Source: Takakia lepidozioides (Eukaryota; Plantae; Bryophyta). Taken from it: a stretch of 64,000 nucleotides of DNA. The DNA lies in assembly GCA_030704615.1 (NCBI GenBank), contig CM060731.1, positions 30,938,001 through 31,002,000 on the forward strand. Reading direction: 5' to 3'. The position numbers were made by a program, and so were the translations under genes. Of this stretch, positions 1 through 13,750 are shown in pieces. How positions within the stretch are numbered: position 1 is the first letter of the stretch; each line of letters starts with the position of its first letter. Under the pieces are notes generated by a model. It was not told the DNA's origin and ran no database searches. It was given only the letters and a program-made list of their open reading frames with translations.

Positions 1-494
1 TGAGGACTTCAGCAATGGTCACCTAAAGAAAGTAGCCTGAGATTTCTGCACAGCGCCGTCTACGAATATAAGAGTGTGTAGCAGTAGTGGAGCTTCACGT
101 GATAACTTGATGGCAAAGTATCTCTTGTTAAAGGAGCATGTGTTGTGAACAATGCTGTGGTGAACGAGACTCGACTTTCTAGTTTTAGGTCATGTATCAT
201 ATGTAAGGGTCGTTGCAAGGATCAGATGAGTTCAATACTTCGGCTATAGCTTGTGGGTGGGAGGTCCTATCCATAACAAGTTCAAAGTGCTGTCACTGAA
301 GAAAAAGCAGAGTGCTGGCAAAAGTAAAGAAGGACGAAGTAAATATTTCAGCACGGCATTTGATTCAGGAGCAGACAGGTCTAGTTTTTCTTGAGGTCTC
401 ATCAGTTACGTAATCGCAGTGCATCCCTCTAGTGATGACGCATGACTTTCAAATCAAGTGAAGCGACTTTCCTCAATGATATGGCGTATCACAG

Positions 495-3400
495 CTCTTT
501 TCTGCAGGAGTTTCGTAATTGGGAGTCAGCATGGGCCATGAAAGCCCTTCACACTATTGTCTACGATCTACGTACACTTGCTGAGATGGTGGGTCCAACT
601 TCCTTCACTGTATCGGTGAAAACAACATTCGGAGGAGGGAATATTAGGTCCCTAAGTCTGAGGTTGACATAGCTTTTCCTTTCCTCCAGCTTATCTGAGG
701 GGAACAGGACAGTATTTTCACTTTCATTCTTTGCCATCATTCGGATTTGTAACATTGTTGTGCTAGACCCCCTATATGTGGGCTGCCGGTAGGTGAATAC
801 CAACATGACAGTAACTGCTATTGTTGTCCTACGATCGATTGTGTCTTCCATGAGATTGAGCTACACTCTAGCTACTTTTGAACAGATATCTGACGTTAGG
901 GGCCAGTACAGGATATACCATTTAAGACAACAGGAAAATACTGGAGAGGTTTATAAAACAGTTTTTATCTTAGCCTTGTGTCTGTAGGTTTGACACAAAC
1001 ACAGAGAGAATTGCGGATTGCAATCACACAAATCCTGAAAATCCATTGTTACCTGTTGGGAAGAATATTAATCTTGCATGGAAGTTTGTCGTTGACTGGT
1101 GCTGTTATTCTGGGCTGCAGGCAGATAGGGAGATGACAGAACAGGGCAAGATCCCAGACAAGCTCAAGGGTGCTGGCTCTTTCCTTATGAAAGTGTTTGG
1201 AGCACTTGCGGTATGCATCAAATTGGACCTTCATTTTGTCCTTTGATATCAGCAATCTAAAGTTTGGGGGCAGATAGAGCGAGGGTTTTGGAAAATGCCA
1301 CCCATTGAACATTATGGCCCATTCAGTATAGGAGGGGGGGGAAATTACTGACCAGAAGGGTCTATTGAAAGGAGAACCACGAATGATCCCCAAAATGGTT
1401 TCACAGAAAACCCCAAACATTGTTCCGCTCTGGGTGCTCATAGCTGATGGCCTCTGCGTAGTATGAGCAATGGACAGTAACACTTCCCTCTGATCTAAAT
1501 GGATTTTGGGCACCAGTGTGGGAGAGACAGCAAGAGTCAATAACCGTCCCTTTGTAGTCATTGGCCATACCATACCTCTCAGGACTTCATCCAGATTTTA
1601 ACCGGGTCACAGTTTTCATCATTCAGACTAACAAACTCAGCCCTTATCTAAAGTGATTTTACCCTCAAATAACTGGATGGCTGTTATGAATTTGTGCAGG
1701 GAAAAGGGCCGAAGAGGGTGGGAGCTTTGTATGTGACTTGTCAACTTTTCAAAGTGTACTTTAAGGTGAGAGCCAGTTGCCTTTATTCTATAGGCACATT
1801 CTGTAGGAGCCAATATTCTCTTGGAGGAAATAGCTATTTAGTTTGATGGCACAAATGCACGATTGTAATTCAAAACTTCCCTTGAGACAGACGACATCCT
1901 AATTACCTAACTCAAGGTGTACTAAATTCAGTTTTATAGGGGTACTGTGTTTCGCAAGTGAAATACATATCCTGCAGAAACATTGTGACAAAGATTGCCT
2001 TCTTTGGGCTGGCAGCTGGGAACAGTGCATTTATGCAGAAGTGTGATTCGGAGCATAGAAACTGCCCGTGTTTTTGACTTTGAGGAATTTCCTGCTCGAG
2101 ACCGGGTAAGATTCGTACCTCTTCATGCTTTTTGTGACATATATAGATGGGGATATTAAGCAATCAAAAACTGGCGAAAGGATTCAGTTCTAGACTCATC
2201 GAGTAATTGACTTGCAATAACCTCACCTCTAGTAATACTAGAAGTGTGACCAGACCACTTTTCTGTTGTTCACTTACAGCTAACTTACTCTAGGCCAAGT
2301 GCAACGAAAACTGACCGCAGTAAAGTCAAGTTGAACAACTGGCAACTTAGGGGCAAGTTTTCATTTTGAAGTTGCCACAAGTCCCACTCCACACTGCACA
2401 TGTAGCTTCAAATGTCAGATAAATGCTAACCGACTGTAAATGTAGTGCAAAATGTGACTGTTACTCTCTTTCTTAGGGAGTTCACAAATTCCTTTGCTGG
2501 TGAAGGGGTGGGAATCATCACTTTGAATGTTCACCTTTTCTTCCCTGTAATTATTGAGGAAGTTGGGTATGAGATGGTGCAGGTGACATATATGTACTAT
2601 ACGGGGCGCTTGGAGGTCTTCAATGACAATTTTGTCCTCGTATGTTAGCATTTCTCTTTCCCACCCTGGCCATAGAATTCAGTTTCAGGTTGGTAGCTAT
2701 GCTACGTTGGAGCTAAAAATGAGGATGTGAAGATGGGAGAAAGTGGATATGGTTTCGTTTTTCTTCCGTCAAGTTTTTCTTGTTTACGTTTTACTTCCAT
2801 CAAGTTTTTTTTGGTGGGGCTTTGAGATCATTATGCTTGGATGTGAGAACAAGGTAGGTGCAATATAGCTGAGTTGGAGTTTCACCTGAGAGATGGCAGT
2901 GACAGTCACCCTCCTTTTTTGCAGGCAGATCAGAAACTTATGTATGCACTAGTGCATTGTGACCCGGGTAAAAAAGCCAATATAAGGTGATCCCTTTCTC
3001 TTTTTTGTTCTTTCTTTCCTCCCCACTTTCGAGATTGAGCTGTATGGCTAGAGGTTGCAACCAGACTAATGTTATTCCTTCATAAAGGAGGTGTTAGTAG
3101 AGGGTCAATACTACTGGTATTGTACTAGAAGCCTTGCATATTACACCCGTTGCTAGTCATGCCATAAACCCTGCCAGTGGGGACAGAGAGAGAATGTGTG
3201 CCTTACCGCGCCAAGTAAATGAAATGAAATGGTATAACGTCCTCGGAAAGCTCAAAGAGCTTATGGGACAAAATGTAAAAAAACCATGAGAGAGGAAATA
3301 AAACCAGAGCCAAAAGAAAAAACTACTGCTCGTGGGATTGTCTAAGGGTGAAGCCCTCGTGCAGGTAAGCTGCCAAGCATTTCTGATCCTCATAGCGGAA

Positions 3401-6251
3401 GACTTCAGTGAGAGGAACAGAGAGAGTTTGTAAAGGGGGATAGGGGAGAAGATAAAGGACCCGTAGCGCCTGAAAGGTGACTAGTGGGATGGACATTTTG
3501 GGAGACACGATGCTGAGGTCTGCCTTCATGGGTGCAGAATGGTACTCAAGTATCTGATTCCCGTGAAGCTGTCGCTTGGCACCTTACCAAAGGAATCATT
3601 GCTTCTGCAATACAATCTGCTGGAGGTATTTGCTCACGTGAAGGACAACCGTAGTTCTACTTAAATCCGATATAGCTTTTAAATTGATAATGGGGATGTA
3701 GGTTAACTCACTGTTGATCTCTTTCTCCTGAGTAACCAGGTTATATAGTTGAGTTCACTTGAGACGAATCTCTGTCTCTCTGTCCCACTCTCCCTCCCTC
3801 CTTTCACCGCGCTGAGTTCATGTAGATTATTGACATATTCCTGTGTGAGTGGTTTATGTACACTTTTACAGTACAAGGATGTGGTCCGAGCTCTGCGAAC
3901 CGGAGACATTAGGCTACTGCGTCATGCTCTTCAAGCTCATGAAGATCAGTGCGTGCCTCTGGACTGGCCCAGCAATTACTGAGTACTTTGGATGTTCTTG
4001 AGGCAGTAGATGCAAGAGAGTGCAGTATTTTGTATCTTGCCTTTCAGCAACAGCCTTACTTGCGGTTACTTAAGTGATGATGAACACTCGCATTGCACAA
4101 ACGGTATGGACTCGCTCAATAGTGGTGGTGAATTTTAGAGCTGAAATTTGAGCTTTTCCTGTGAAGGTTTCTGCGGTCAGGAGTGTATCTGGTGCTGGAG
4201 AAGTTAGAGCTGCAGGTGTACCGAAGACTCATGAAAAAGATGTGAGTGTTTACCTGCAAGTTTTCTTCAACTCTGTACACACCTGAATTTTGGTGGAGCC
4301 TAGGCAGACTCATCCTAAAATGAGCAAGTCAAAATCCTGTCTCTACCTCTCTGTCTACATGTGGTCCCTCTCCCAGCCCACTAGGTAGCCTACTAAATGG
4401 GTGAACTTGACATGGGAGTAGATAAACATCTCTGTGACCAAGTGACCCCTTACCTGTGTTTCTTTGACCGGAAGCAGTTTGCTTCAGGTAAGGTAGTGCA
4501 TTGGATTTAGTTGGAGAGAAGTGGTCTCTTCTCTTTAGTATATGCCTACACGGGTCATTGCCTGCAGCTCCTGTGGAATGACAATCTCTGAATGGTAACA
4601 AGCAGATCCCCGTCGCTTGGGGGCAGCCCCTCCGCTCAAAGTGGGCAGTTGCATGCCCTGGGGTACAGTATGCCCTTGGGTTTAAACCTCTTACCTGCTA
4701 CAAAGGCGTGCTCGTATTCCCCAAGGTGATTCCTGGGAGCTGGTTGCTTCTGCCAAAACTTGAGCTTCTTGTGTAGTTTTTGGGGTGAATCCCCGGATAG
4801 ACATCATGTCCTTTAAAACTACTTGCTCAAGTTTAGGCTTGGATTATCTGCTGATGGCACCATCTCGAGACTTGGTTATAGAAGTGCATTGCAGGTGACT
4901 ACGTCTAAGAATGCTACATTGACAGATAGAGTCCCACAGCAAATAAAACTGAGAAGTTTGACCCTTGACTGGTTGGAGAGCTCCCTTAGACATTGTTGAT
5001 TTAATGAGAAGTTCAGGGAAGACGGTCGAGGATGGGGAACAGAAAGTTCCCCACTCGTTTGCCCTGGCAGAGGTTGACCAGAGTGGACTACTAGGGATGG
5101 CAAACCTAGTGGTAAGCCAAGCCCAATGCTCTATGCAAGAAGACCATATTAGTGAGACCTGCCTTTGTGTGCAGTGACCGATGAAGCTGTGAAAGAAGGA
5201 TATGGCAATCCTCAATGTTCATGACCACCAAGAACCCTCTTCATGACCCACTTCATGACCATCAAGAACGTAGTCCAGTGTTCACCAATTTTCAAAATCT
5301 GGAGGCTGAGGCTAAATCCCTGGGCCTGTTGGGGTCTAATTGCTGGGCTGTTCACACACAGCAAATCCATGCTTGTGTGAAGGGCTTTCAAGAGGAAATC
5401 TGGAAAGCCTGAACCAATTGTTTATACCAAGGTAAGTCCCACTACTGGAGGGAGCCCCCCAGAAAGGTGGAGTCTGTTCCACAGAAACTGGGCCCAGGGT
5501 CTATGGCTACAAGGCTATGGCAAACAATGTCTTATGAGTACATTGTCTACATGTGGTCCGTTTTCATTCAGAGATAGTCTAGTTCTTTCTTTACCTGCTC
5601 ATGCGTGTTAGAAATCTCCTTTGGATATGAGGGTGGCAGTAGCGGTATTGCACCATCAGATGTGGGTAGACATGAAGGTTAAGCTGGCTTTGTCATTATC
5701 CTTATTGTTGTAATATTTCCTCTACATGTGACCAGTGAGGCAAGGCTGAGACCGACTATGTGATGCAGTTACATAATACAAAAGCAGAAGGATCCAGGCA
5801 GGGCGCACCAAGTGAAAATGGATAGTGTCTTGAAGGCTCTCAAATGGCTTGACATTGACATGGATATTGATGAGGCAAGGACTAGCAGCTCACTCTCTTG
5901 CAATTGAATGTAGTGACTGTTTGGGAGTAACTTAGGCGTCTGCGCCATCACCGGACATTTCGTCACGAGGGTTGCGGATCTGTGGCGTGTATGCATGCTG
6001 TTGCAAACCAACAGTGAAGTCATTGTTATCAACATGAGCTCAATAGGATGATCAGAGTGTTGCTCTTTTCTTCTCTCTCTGGGCATACATGAACTTGAAG
6101 GGTGATGATTTGTGTACAGGTGGAGTGCATCATGGCCATCCTTATCCATCGGAATTTCATGAAGGGCTATTTTTCACACAAAAGCAAAGTGGTGGTACTC
6201 AGCAAGCAAGATGCATTCCCTGTGCTCAGTGGGCTGTTGGTCACATCGTAG
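495..6251 (+). CDS. EER5: PCI-domain protein EER5/THP1 (PCID2 homolog, TREX-2 mRNA export complex); 5' exons lie upstream of the window
   Basis: Exons read by eye with consistent phases: 495-588, 1121-1210, 1700-1765, 2016-2105, 2583-2639, 2925-2986, 3538-3625, 3872-3948, 4167-4241, 5769-5874, 6120-6251 (TAG). The spliced peptide includes FLQEFRNWESAWA, KGPKRVGALYVTCQLFKVYFKLGTVHLCRSVIRSIETAR, VTYMYYTGRLEVFN, FLRSGVYLVLEKLELQVY and VECIMAILIHRNFMKGYFSHKSKVVVLSKQD, matching Arabidopsis EER5 as I recall it. Confidence 0.93.
3217..3414 (-). mobile_element. 5'-truncated 3' end of the (CATTT)n-tailed LINE family, in an EER5 intron
   Basis: (AAATG)3 tail, then sequence aligning to 57441-57640. It encodes LTEVFRYEDQKCLAAYLHEGFTLRQS versus LTDVFHYEDQKCLAAYLHEAFTLRQS in the long copy. 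Confidence 0.85.
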
Positions 6252-6566
6252 GGAACGTCAAATCTGATGGCTGTCAACATCATCAAGTGCCAGGCTGGCA
6301 ATACCCCCTCCTTTCAGAAAGTTCGACAAGAGATGTGCTCTCTGTCAATCATTTATATGAGTCACCTAAGCTAGCTGTTGGGGAACAAGAGAAAGATTTT
6401 AACTAGCAGCATGCAAAAGGGACGTCTCCAGATTTCTCTGGTAGCCCAATTGCAAACTAGCGGAAATTAACCACAGCAACGTACTCAGAGGGTGGAGCGC
6501 TGCAGTGAGAGTGCCTAGAATCTGGAGGGCTTGAGATGCAAGATCCAAATACTTGTGAACCCCATT

Positions 6567-6795
6567 GCCTTCTAGTGTGAAATTGTAAGCTACCAGTGAA
6601 GAATCTTACTTTGTGAAATCCCATGACCTTCCAGCGTGAAATTGTAAACTACCACCCAAGAATCTGATGCAACTACTCAAGGAGATTCCATGGCCTTCCA
6701 GTGTGAAACTGTAATCTATCACTGAAGTATCTGATGCAGCTTGTACTGCCTTCCAGTGTGAAATTGTAAGCTACCACTGAATAATCTGATGCAAT
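6567..6795. repeat. Four imperfect tandem copies of a ~55-70 bp unit downstream of the EER5 stop
   Basis: The motif GCCTTCCAGTGTGAAATTGTAAGCTACCACTGAA..ATCTGATGCA recurs at ~6567, 6625, 6693 and 6748. Confidence 0.8.
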
Positions 6796-8812
6796 GGATG
6801 TGTGGGGGAGCATGAATACCAAGCTGATCCTTTGGAGACGGACTAGCTGAGCTTGATCTCACCCAGCAGCAAAGGGAGTCCTAGGTCCACATTATTCCAT
6901 ACAATACACAGGACCTATTGCGGAGCTATTGAATGCTGCACATATCCTCATTGAAAAATGAGAAATGATTCCTTGATGAATTGATGTGCAAGCTTCTGAA
7001 GCTGTCAGGATCGCAAGCAGCAGACAGTTAGGGAACAGGGCTTGACCGCAGGCCTGAACAAGCCCCTCTATATTTGCCCCGACAAGCACCCGCCGGCGCG
7101 TACCTGTGAGCGTTTGGGCAGTCGACACCGAGCGAGGCACGCTTCCCGACTGCCACCGTACGTCACCGTCCGTCCCCTACAGATGCCCTGCCAGGCCGTT
7201 GCCATCCGTCCACGTTGGACGGAGCGGCGGCCGGACGAGTGGGCACGTTGCCTGGATGACTAAGCATTTCCTTGGACGAATGGGCAATATATCCGAGACA
7301 TCTGAGTGGATGTAGATGAATGAATGGGTCAGCCAATTCCCGTAGAGCATGTGGGTTAATTTATTGGCTCTGACCTGCGCAGAAGTTGGACGGAGATTTT
7401 AAGGGACCGACTGATGAGTGTTTGACAGACTGCATCACAACAGATTTTTAGGGAGCCAATGGGTGGTTAACATTTGCTCGGGATGGTTGGATGGATTACA
7501 TTTGTATTGGATGAATGAAGTTATTTTCTCTTGCTGTTTTTGGGAAAAGGACCGCAATGCATTAAAAGTGGGGAAAAAAAAAAAAAAACCATTGGGGGTC
7601 CTAAAGGGGACTCTTTTTTTCTTTTTTCTTTTTTCTTTTTTTCTTTTCTTTTTGGAGAACAGGGGTCTGGCCCTGGAAGCTTTATTGGGACTCTTAACTT
7701 ACAACCCGGTAACCAACGAACTTGCATTGTGTTAAAATAATGCGCAATCAAGTAATTAATGAAAATCTGGATTTGCTAATACAAGTAAATTAGAGACTCA
7801 AATAGTTTTGGGTGCACTATCACAACCCTCGTTCACCACAGTAATACTGTGAATACTAGAGTAAAAAGGTAGACATTTGTCCTATTTGATTTTATATTTA
7901 GAAATAATCATCTATGAACCTTAAGTTAGTATTTCAAACCTCTGAAGTTGTTGAAACTTTACAGCCAAAATAGTTTTAAAGTTGTAATAACCTACTATAT
8001 TGAAACCATCATAATTTTTTATCATTTCACAATCCATTCTGCCAATAATCATACATATATTAAACCTAACATTAAGTGTATTTTGATATTGCTTTGAGCC
8101 GAGCTAGGAAATCTATAAGAATCTCGGAGGTGAAGCAGATGTGCAGTTTTGGTCTCCCTCTGACTTGTAGTGGTTCTACTGTTAGGAAGACAATTTTTTT
8201 TTTATTTTTTTTTTTAAGAAACAATCTCTAGTCTCTATTTTCTTTGTTTTTCTTTGTTTTTCATTCTCGAAGCGTTTTCTTTCAGGTCTGGACTGTTACT
8301 TAACTTAGAAGATTTTCCTGGTAACCCTGATATATTGTGGCAGGGCTTGCTTGATGCATCCCATGCGTTTGTTGAGTGTATTCAAGACAGACTGCCGAGC
8401 CCTGTGTGGGGGTGAGGTGATTAGTGATTACATTAAATATGGGAAACTGTGACAAGGAGGTTGGATAAGAAGAGTGGGGCTGCCAGGGATTGTCTTGCCG
8501 GTTACTCAGATTCCTGCCACAACGTACTATGGCAAAGCCTGTTGCCAAATTTCTTTGACAATCTGCTGACTCCATTTTTTTGGATTTTTGTTAAGTTTTT
8601 GTTGCTTTATATTATTATAGTAGTAAATCTCTCGTCAGGTGTGGTGATCTTCTCCCCCTTTCCTTGGACGGTGTCCCTTGAGCCTTGTGCTAGGTGACTC
8701 ATGCGAGGTGACTATGAAAGAGGTTATTCTCTCCTCTCACTAGGCCTGATTTGTGAGCACACTGTGGCCGCGCAGTTGGGTGTTACCCTTGTTTTATAAA
8801 ATAAGCCTCAAA

Positions 8813-8971
8813 CGACAATGGGCTCTCTTGCTTTGACAAAACATAGTGGGGGAGGTGAGACTAAGGGGCATGACTGAGCACAACACTCCAACCGACAATG
8901 GGCTCTCTTGCTTTGGCAACACATAGGGGGGAGGTGAGACTAAGGGGCGTGACTCAGCACAGCACTCCAAC
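8813..8971. repeat. Tandem duplication, two copies of ~80 bp
   Basis: CGACAATGGGCTCTCTTGCTTTG...GGTGAGACTAAGGGGC.TGACT.AGCACA.CACTCCAAC starts at 8813 and again at 8893. Confidence 0.9.
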
Positions 8972-10029
8972 CCGAGTCTTGACACGGTGTAAGGTCCTTT
9001 GACCACATTTTCTCTGTTTACTTCAACATGATGAATAGCCTCTCTTCTACAAGAGAGCCACCAAAAAAACAAATCAATGTGTAGCTCTCAAATTAAGTGG
9101 GGGCTTACTACTGTAGGTTGAGTGCTTGACAAACTCTCAATGGCGGATCCATTTGGTGATGTTTTAGAGTGTAGCATGTGATCCATTCAACCGCAGTTAG
9201 TAGTTGGAGATGGATTGTCTTCCTTTTTTTTCTTTTTCTTTTTTTCTGGTTTGTCTTCGCGGTAATACTGACTTGGAAGCTAGACGGTAGTAAGAGAAAA
9301 ATATGCACAGATAATTTTTCTTTCAACACTATATTGCTGCATTTTGGAGGACAAGTGGGGAAAGATATGAGGTTTTATGCATAGGGAAACAATGATTGTT
9401 TCAGAAATAAAGTCAATGGCCCATGTTGTGGTCCCATCATGTGGCCCTTGGGCTTACAAAACATATTATTCGTCTCTCATGGAATTGTTACATAAAGGAA
9501 CCAACATGTACAATATCACCATCATCTTGTGGTTCCTCGCAAAGCCATTCCCAATCAACATCCTAAAAGATCGGGAAGACAATTTGTTTGGTAGCGAAAG
9601 ATGATCACAATGTCGAGTAGACGAGTCACTGAAAGGGTGGAGAAATCCACCTTACATACTTGTCCTGTGCATATAGCACCCATGTCCAGTCGGTGCCGGT
9701 GGAGTCCTCTCTCTCTCTCTCTCTCTCTCTCTGGCATTCTGGAAGTGACACAAGTCAAGTTTGTGTTGAACGAGTCAACGTAGAGCTAAAAGTTTTGTTT
9801 CGTTAATACTTAAAGGAAAAGGAGGCGGACCCTGAGACCTTTCAGGGAGGGGCAAAATTACGCCCACAATGCCACACGTGACACACATGAGGCACATACA
9901 CATGTTTTTTGTCTTTGAAGTCCTTTGACCCTTTAAAAGACAAAAAAATCATAAATAATAATTTATGTAGCTAACTCTGATGCTGGCACAAATTTTCATC
10001 GACGAAAAGATCTGTTATAAATGAAAAAT

Positions 10030-10095
10030 AACTTCATCCATACCACCCCTAGTCACAGGATTCTTGCTGACTAGGGGTGGTTGTAGTTTGAAGTT
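10030..10095. repeat. Short inverted repeat (hairpin)
   Basis: ACCACCCCTAGTCA (10042-10055) is the exact reverse complement of TGACTAGGGGTGGT (10068-10081). Outer AACTTCA/TGAAGTT arms also pair. Confidence 0.85.
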
Positions 10096-13000
10096 TGTGC
10101 AATCATGCACACATTTTCTAATCATTTCACATGTTTGTGTACAAACCATGTCAAATGGTCACCTCAATAATGTGGGCCATCCCTGTTCTTAGAATAAAAT
10201 GGTCCTTTGGGCTTCCTTTTCAAAGTAACAGTTGATTGAAAATATGCCCAGGGACTCAGCACCTAATCCACATCATTCTTTCACCCAGAAAAATTATGAT
10301 ACTTCAAGTTGTTGTCAAAGTATTACTAGGATGGGACTGCCAGCATCAGCAGCGTATTTACTTTCAAAATACCCAAGAAAAAATATTGATTTTATCAATA
10401 TGTATTCTCAATTAGATATGGAGAAAGAGGAACTTCGGTAGATATAGAGAAACGGGGCAGGGGAGAAATGTAGTCACTGTGGAGGAAGAAATTATGAAAG
10501 AGGGAGGGAGAAGTGTGTGTACATTTCAATTTCGACTAGTGATCACCGGGAGGGCGGACGCGAGCCCGCACGAGAGCCCGCCACTGAACCTCCAGCAGGA
10601 GGAACGGGTTCCATTACATGTTTCTTGAAGGGAAAATGGATTGCACCAAAAATAGAGCGGGTGGGGTTTCTTGGCATCTTCTTTTCTCTCTTTCCTCTCC
10701 TGAAGAATGCAAGTATGCCTCCTTTTCCGCAGCACATTGTGTTGATTATCAAAAAATACTCACGCTATGCATTATGCACCCTTCATCACCACGGATTTAC
10801 AGTGCTTACTTCAAGGTGGTCGGAGCTTGGAGATCCAAGAAAGAGAGAGAAATGGGCAATAATAACACTATAAGTAAGGGGGAGCTATATCAAAGCCTGG
10901 GTCCCCCAAAGCTAGAAGATAGGTGAGAATATTAAAAAGATGGCAGTAAGAGGCAATGGTTGATAGGCTTCATGCCTTGCATTCTTCAAGGGAATCCCAA
11001 CTCCTCAGGCACCACCATTGTGAGAGAGAGAGAGAGAGAGAGAGTGAAAAAGAGAAAGGAGATTGAGAAAGAGAAGGTCACCAATGAAAGGGTAGGCGAC
11101 CTCTGCATGCGAGTGAGGGCCCTTAAAATCTTGGACTCCTTACTTTTCTTTTTTCTTTTTTTTACCCTACCATTTCAATAAAACTTAAAAAGGGCTACAA
11201 TCCCCCTTTTTTGCCATATATATAGGTATATATATAGGTACCTATATATTATAATAGCACTTTGGCCCTACTGCTTAGTTTCTTACATTACTTTCAAGTA
11301 CCTTTATTTGTTTTAAATAAAGTACATTTATCTTCAATAAAAAAAATGAGCCCAAAACTTAAGTTTTTTCTTAAAGTTTTTTTCGGAAAAGTTGTCCACT
11401 TTCCGTTAAATCTTAAAACAATATATTAAGAGAATGTACGTAAAGTCTTAATCGAAAGTAGAACAAATGTAAGTAAATCATTGGAACTCGTGGCCAAGTT
11501 ATATGTAAGGCATCTTACATACTAGGTAGGTAGGTAGATACCTAGTACCTACCTTCTATATGTCCGAATACGATACGAATACATTATAGTATAGGAGATC
11601 GGAGACGAGGCGCCGCGGAAGGAATGTCGGGCAGGTTGCCCAGTCTGCACATTTGTTGCTTCATAACGAGCCCTTCCGGTTACCCACCCACATCACGCCA
11701 CCTGTACATCGCACCGGTCAAGAGCAACCACGTACCCGCTTGTCCGGTCAGTGCCGGCAGGACGAACCCGGAGAAAGCGTGGTCCCTAATCACGGTTACT
11801 ACGCCGCTAGTTTCATTCCCAATTATTGCTTTTACTGTTTCCTTTTTCCTTAGTATACACATATATATATGATTGGGGCCCAAAAAAAGAACCTTATGCC
11901 GGGAAAAGGAAACCTCCCCAAACCGCCGAACTCAAATCAGACAGACGACATCTTCATAGAACAGAAGCAGGAGCGATGAAGTGGCTCACGGCGGCGCACT
12001 CAAAAGCAATCACCGAATTCGGATTCTTATCATGCCACGAGTCGATGTCTTCTTCCACAGCACGCGGCAAGGTTACGCGCAAGTGATGGCTCTCCAACAT
12101 AATAATATCTGTACCGAGATATTTGCGAGCGAAAGAATGAAACTCGCATAGCTGGGACATACAATCTCCGGGTGGGATGTGGACGGAGGAATCCTGTGTT
12201 GAAAAAGAAGACTTTCTATGAGTCGTTTGCTCTCTGGGGAAGTTGTTTCGATCCACGGAGAAGTGGCCCCGGCCCCCACAAGGCGATATTAGGCATGTGG
12301 GGATTTGAACCTAGGGTTAGCTTCTGTGTGGCAATTAAGACTAAACGACAGAGTAATTACATGCAAAGCTTGTAATTATTTAGGAATAAGAAGCAGGATT
12401 AGCAGAGCACAGTGGTACGTCTGCTACACAGGGTACTCTGTCGGTGTGTCCGTCTCTGACGCAGAGTCACAGTGTCACCTGCTTCTTCCCCACCTCCTTC
12501 CAAATCTTTCCATCAAATCCTGGTGTTCTTCGCTGCTATAGGTGGTGGTACTTACAGTCTTTCTGATTCCTCATTGTTTGCTCCTTTCCTTCTATTTTTT
12601 CGCACATCTGCTCCTCGATGTCGCATGTTTTCCGGTGTTTGTACTGTCGATAGACCGTCTGGTACTTGAGATTTTCTTCTCTCCACCCCCTGGCCGTCAT
12701 AAAATTTGGTTCTTTACTTTTTCTCCGCTCTCGTTTTCTCTGATTTTTTTTTGCTCATTAAGTTGATCGTGTTCATCCTTTCCTTTCACCTCTCTTTCGT
12801 CAGCTGACATTCAGGCCCTCCCCCCTCTCTCGCTCCGTCTCTTTCTACTGTAACCTGATCAATCGATCGTTGAGGTTGTGTCTCGGTCGTTTTTCAAACA
12901 ATCCTGCGGGAGGTTGGAAGAAGAGGAGTCGATTTTCCATTTGTTTTTCTTGGCGTGGTCTATTCTGTCTCAAGAAGCTTGTTCTCAAACAATTTTCGGC

Positions 13001-13750
13001 CCCTTCCGGATCTGTGCTGCTCGGATAACCATTCCGGCTGCGAGTTGCATTTTTAATCAGGTATGCATCCTCCATCAATTGGACCCAATGCAATACCATG
13101 CGCTTTGTGCCCCTCATCACCGCAACTCTACTAGCAATGTGAAGTATTTTTCTCTTCTTTTTGTAAATCTGGACTTGGTATCCTCTCCAAGTTTCGCCTT
13201 TTGAGGAAAGATTTTCAAACTTGTCAAAATGGTAGAAGGTTGTGGTCGAAGCAACTATGTTGAACGCCAAATGTGATTCGTATAGCCAAACCATTCACGA
13301 TAGCCTTGCAATATATGAAACATTAAACAGTCTGACGGCAACAGAGAGGGCATGTTGCGAGGACACTCTCCAAGGAGGCTATGGTACCAGACCGACAGGT
13401 TACTTGCACTGCATGACCAGCATTTTTAGTTGGAAAGTATGCTCTTAACGTAGCAGCATGCTCAGGCCTTTTCTTGCATTGGCTTCCATGCACGCTCGTA
13501 TAATGCATGCTTCGGTAACAATATCAAGGAAGCTGTTGCACGATTAACACTATTAGCAGTTAGCTGTACTAGAGAAGCTTTGTTTGGTCTCTAGTTGAAC
13601 TGCGCTCCTGGCGTTAGCAGACAAGAGAGTGTCGTGGTATGTGTTATAAGTCTCTTAATGGATGATCATGTGTCAGCTAGTACTTGATTTGCACCTCGAT
13701 ATATTTTAGCAGGTGTGTGACAGCGAGTACGTCAGAACTTGCAAGCCAGT

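Noticed and set aside
1049-1573. 174-aa minus-strand ORF
   Set aside because: Antisense to an EER5 exon and intron, with no recognisable domain.
4330-5700. Possible L1 remnants in the long EER5 intron
   Set aside because: Motif-like bits (RGCP, GLGLP) are weak and in the wrong order.
7040-7260. CpG-rich island that might be an RNA gene or MITE
   Set aside because: No TIR, TSD, cloverleaf or box motifs could be established.
8743-9098. Possible MITE (GGCCTGATTTGTGAGC, also present at ~48479)
   Set aside because: The partner TIR is too degenerate and no TSD was found.
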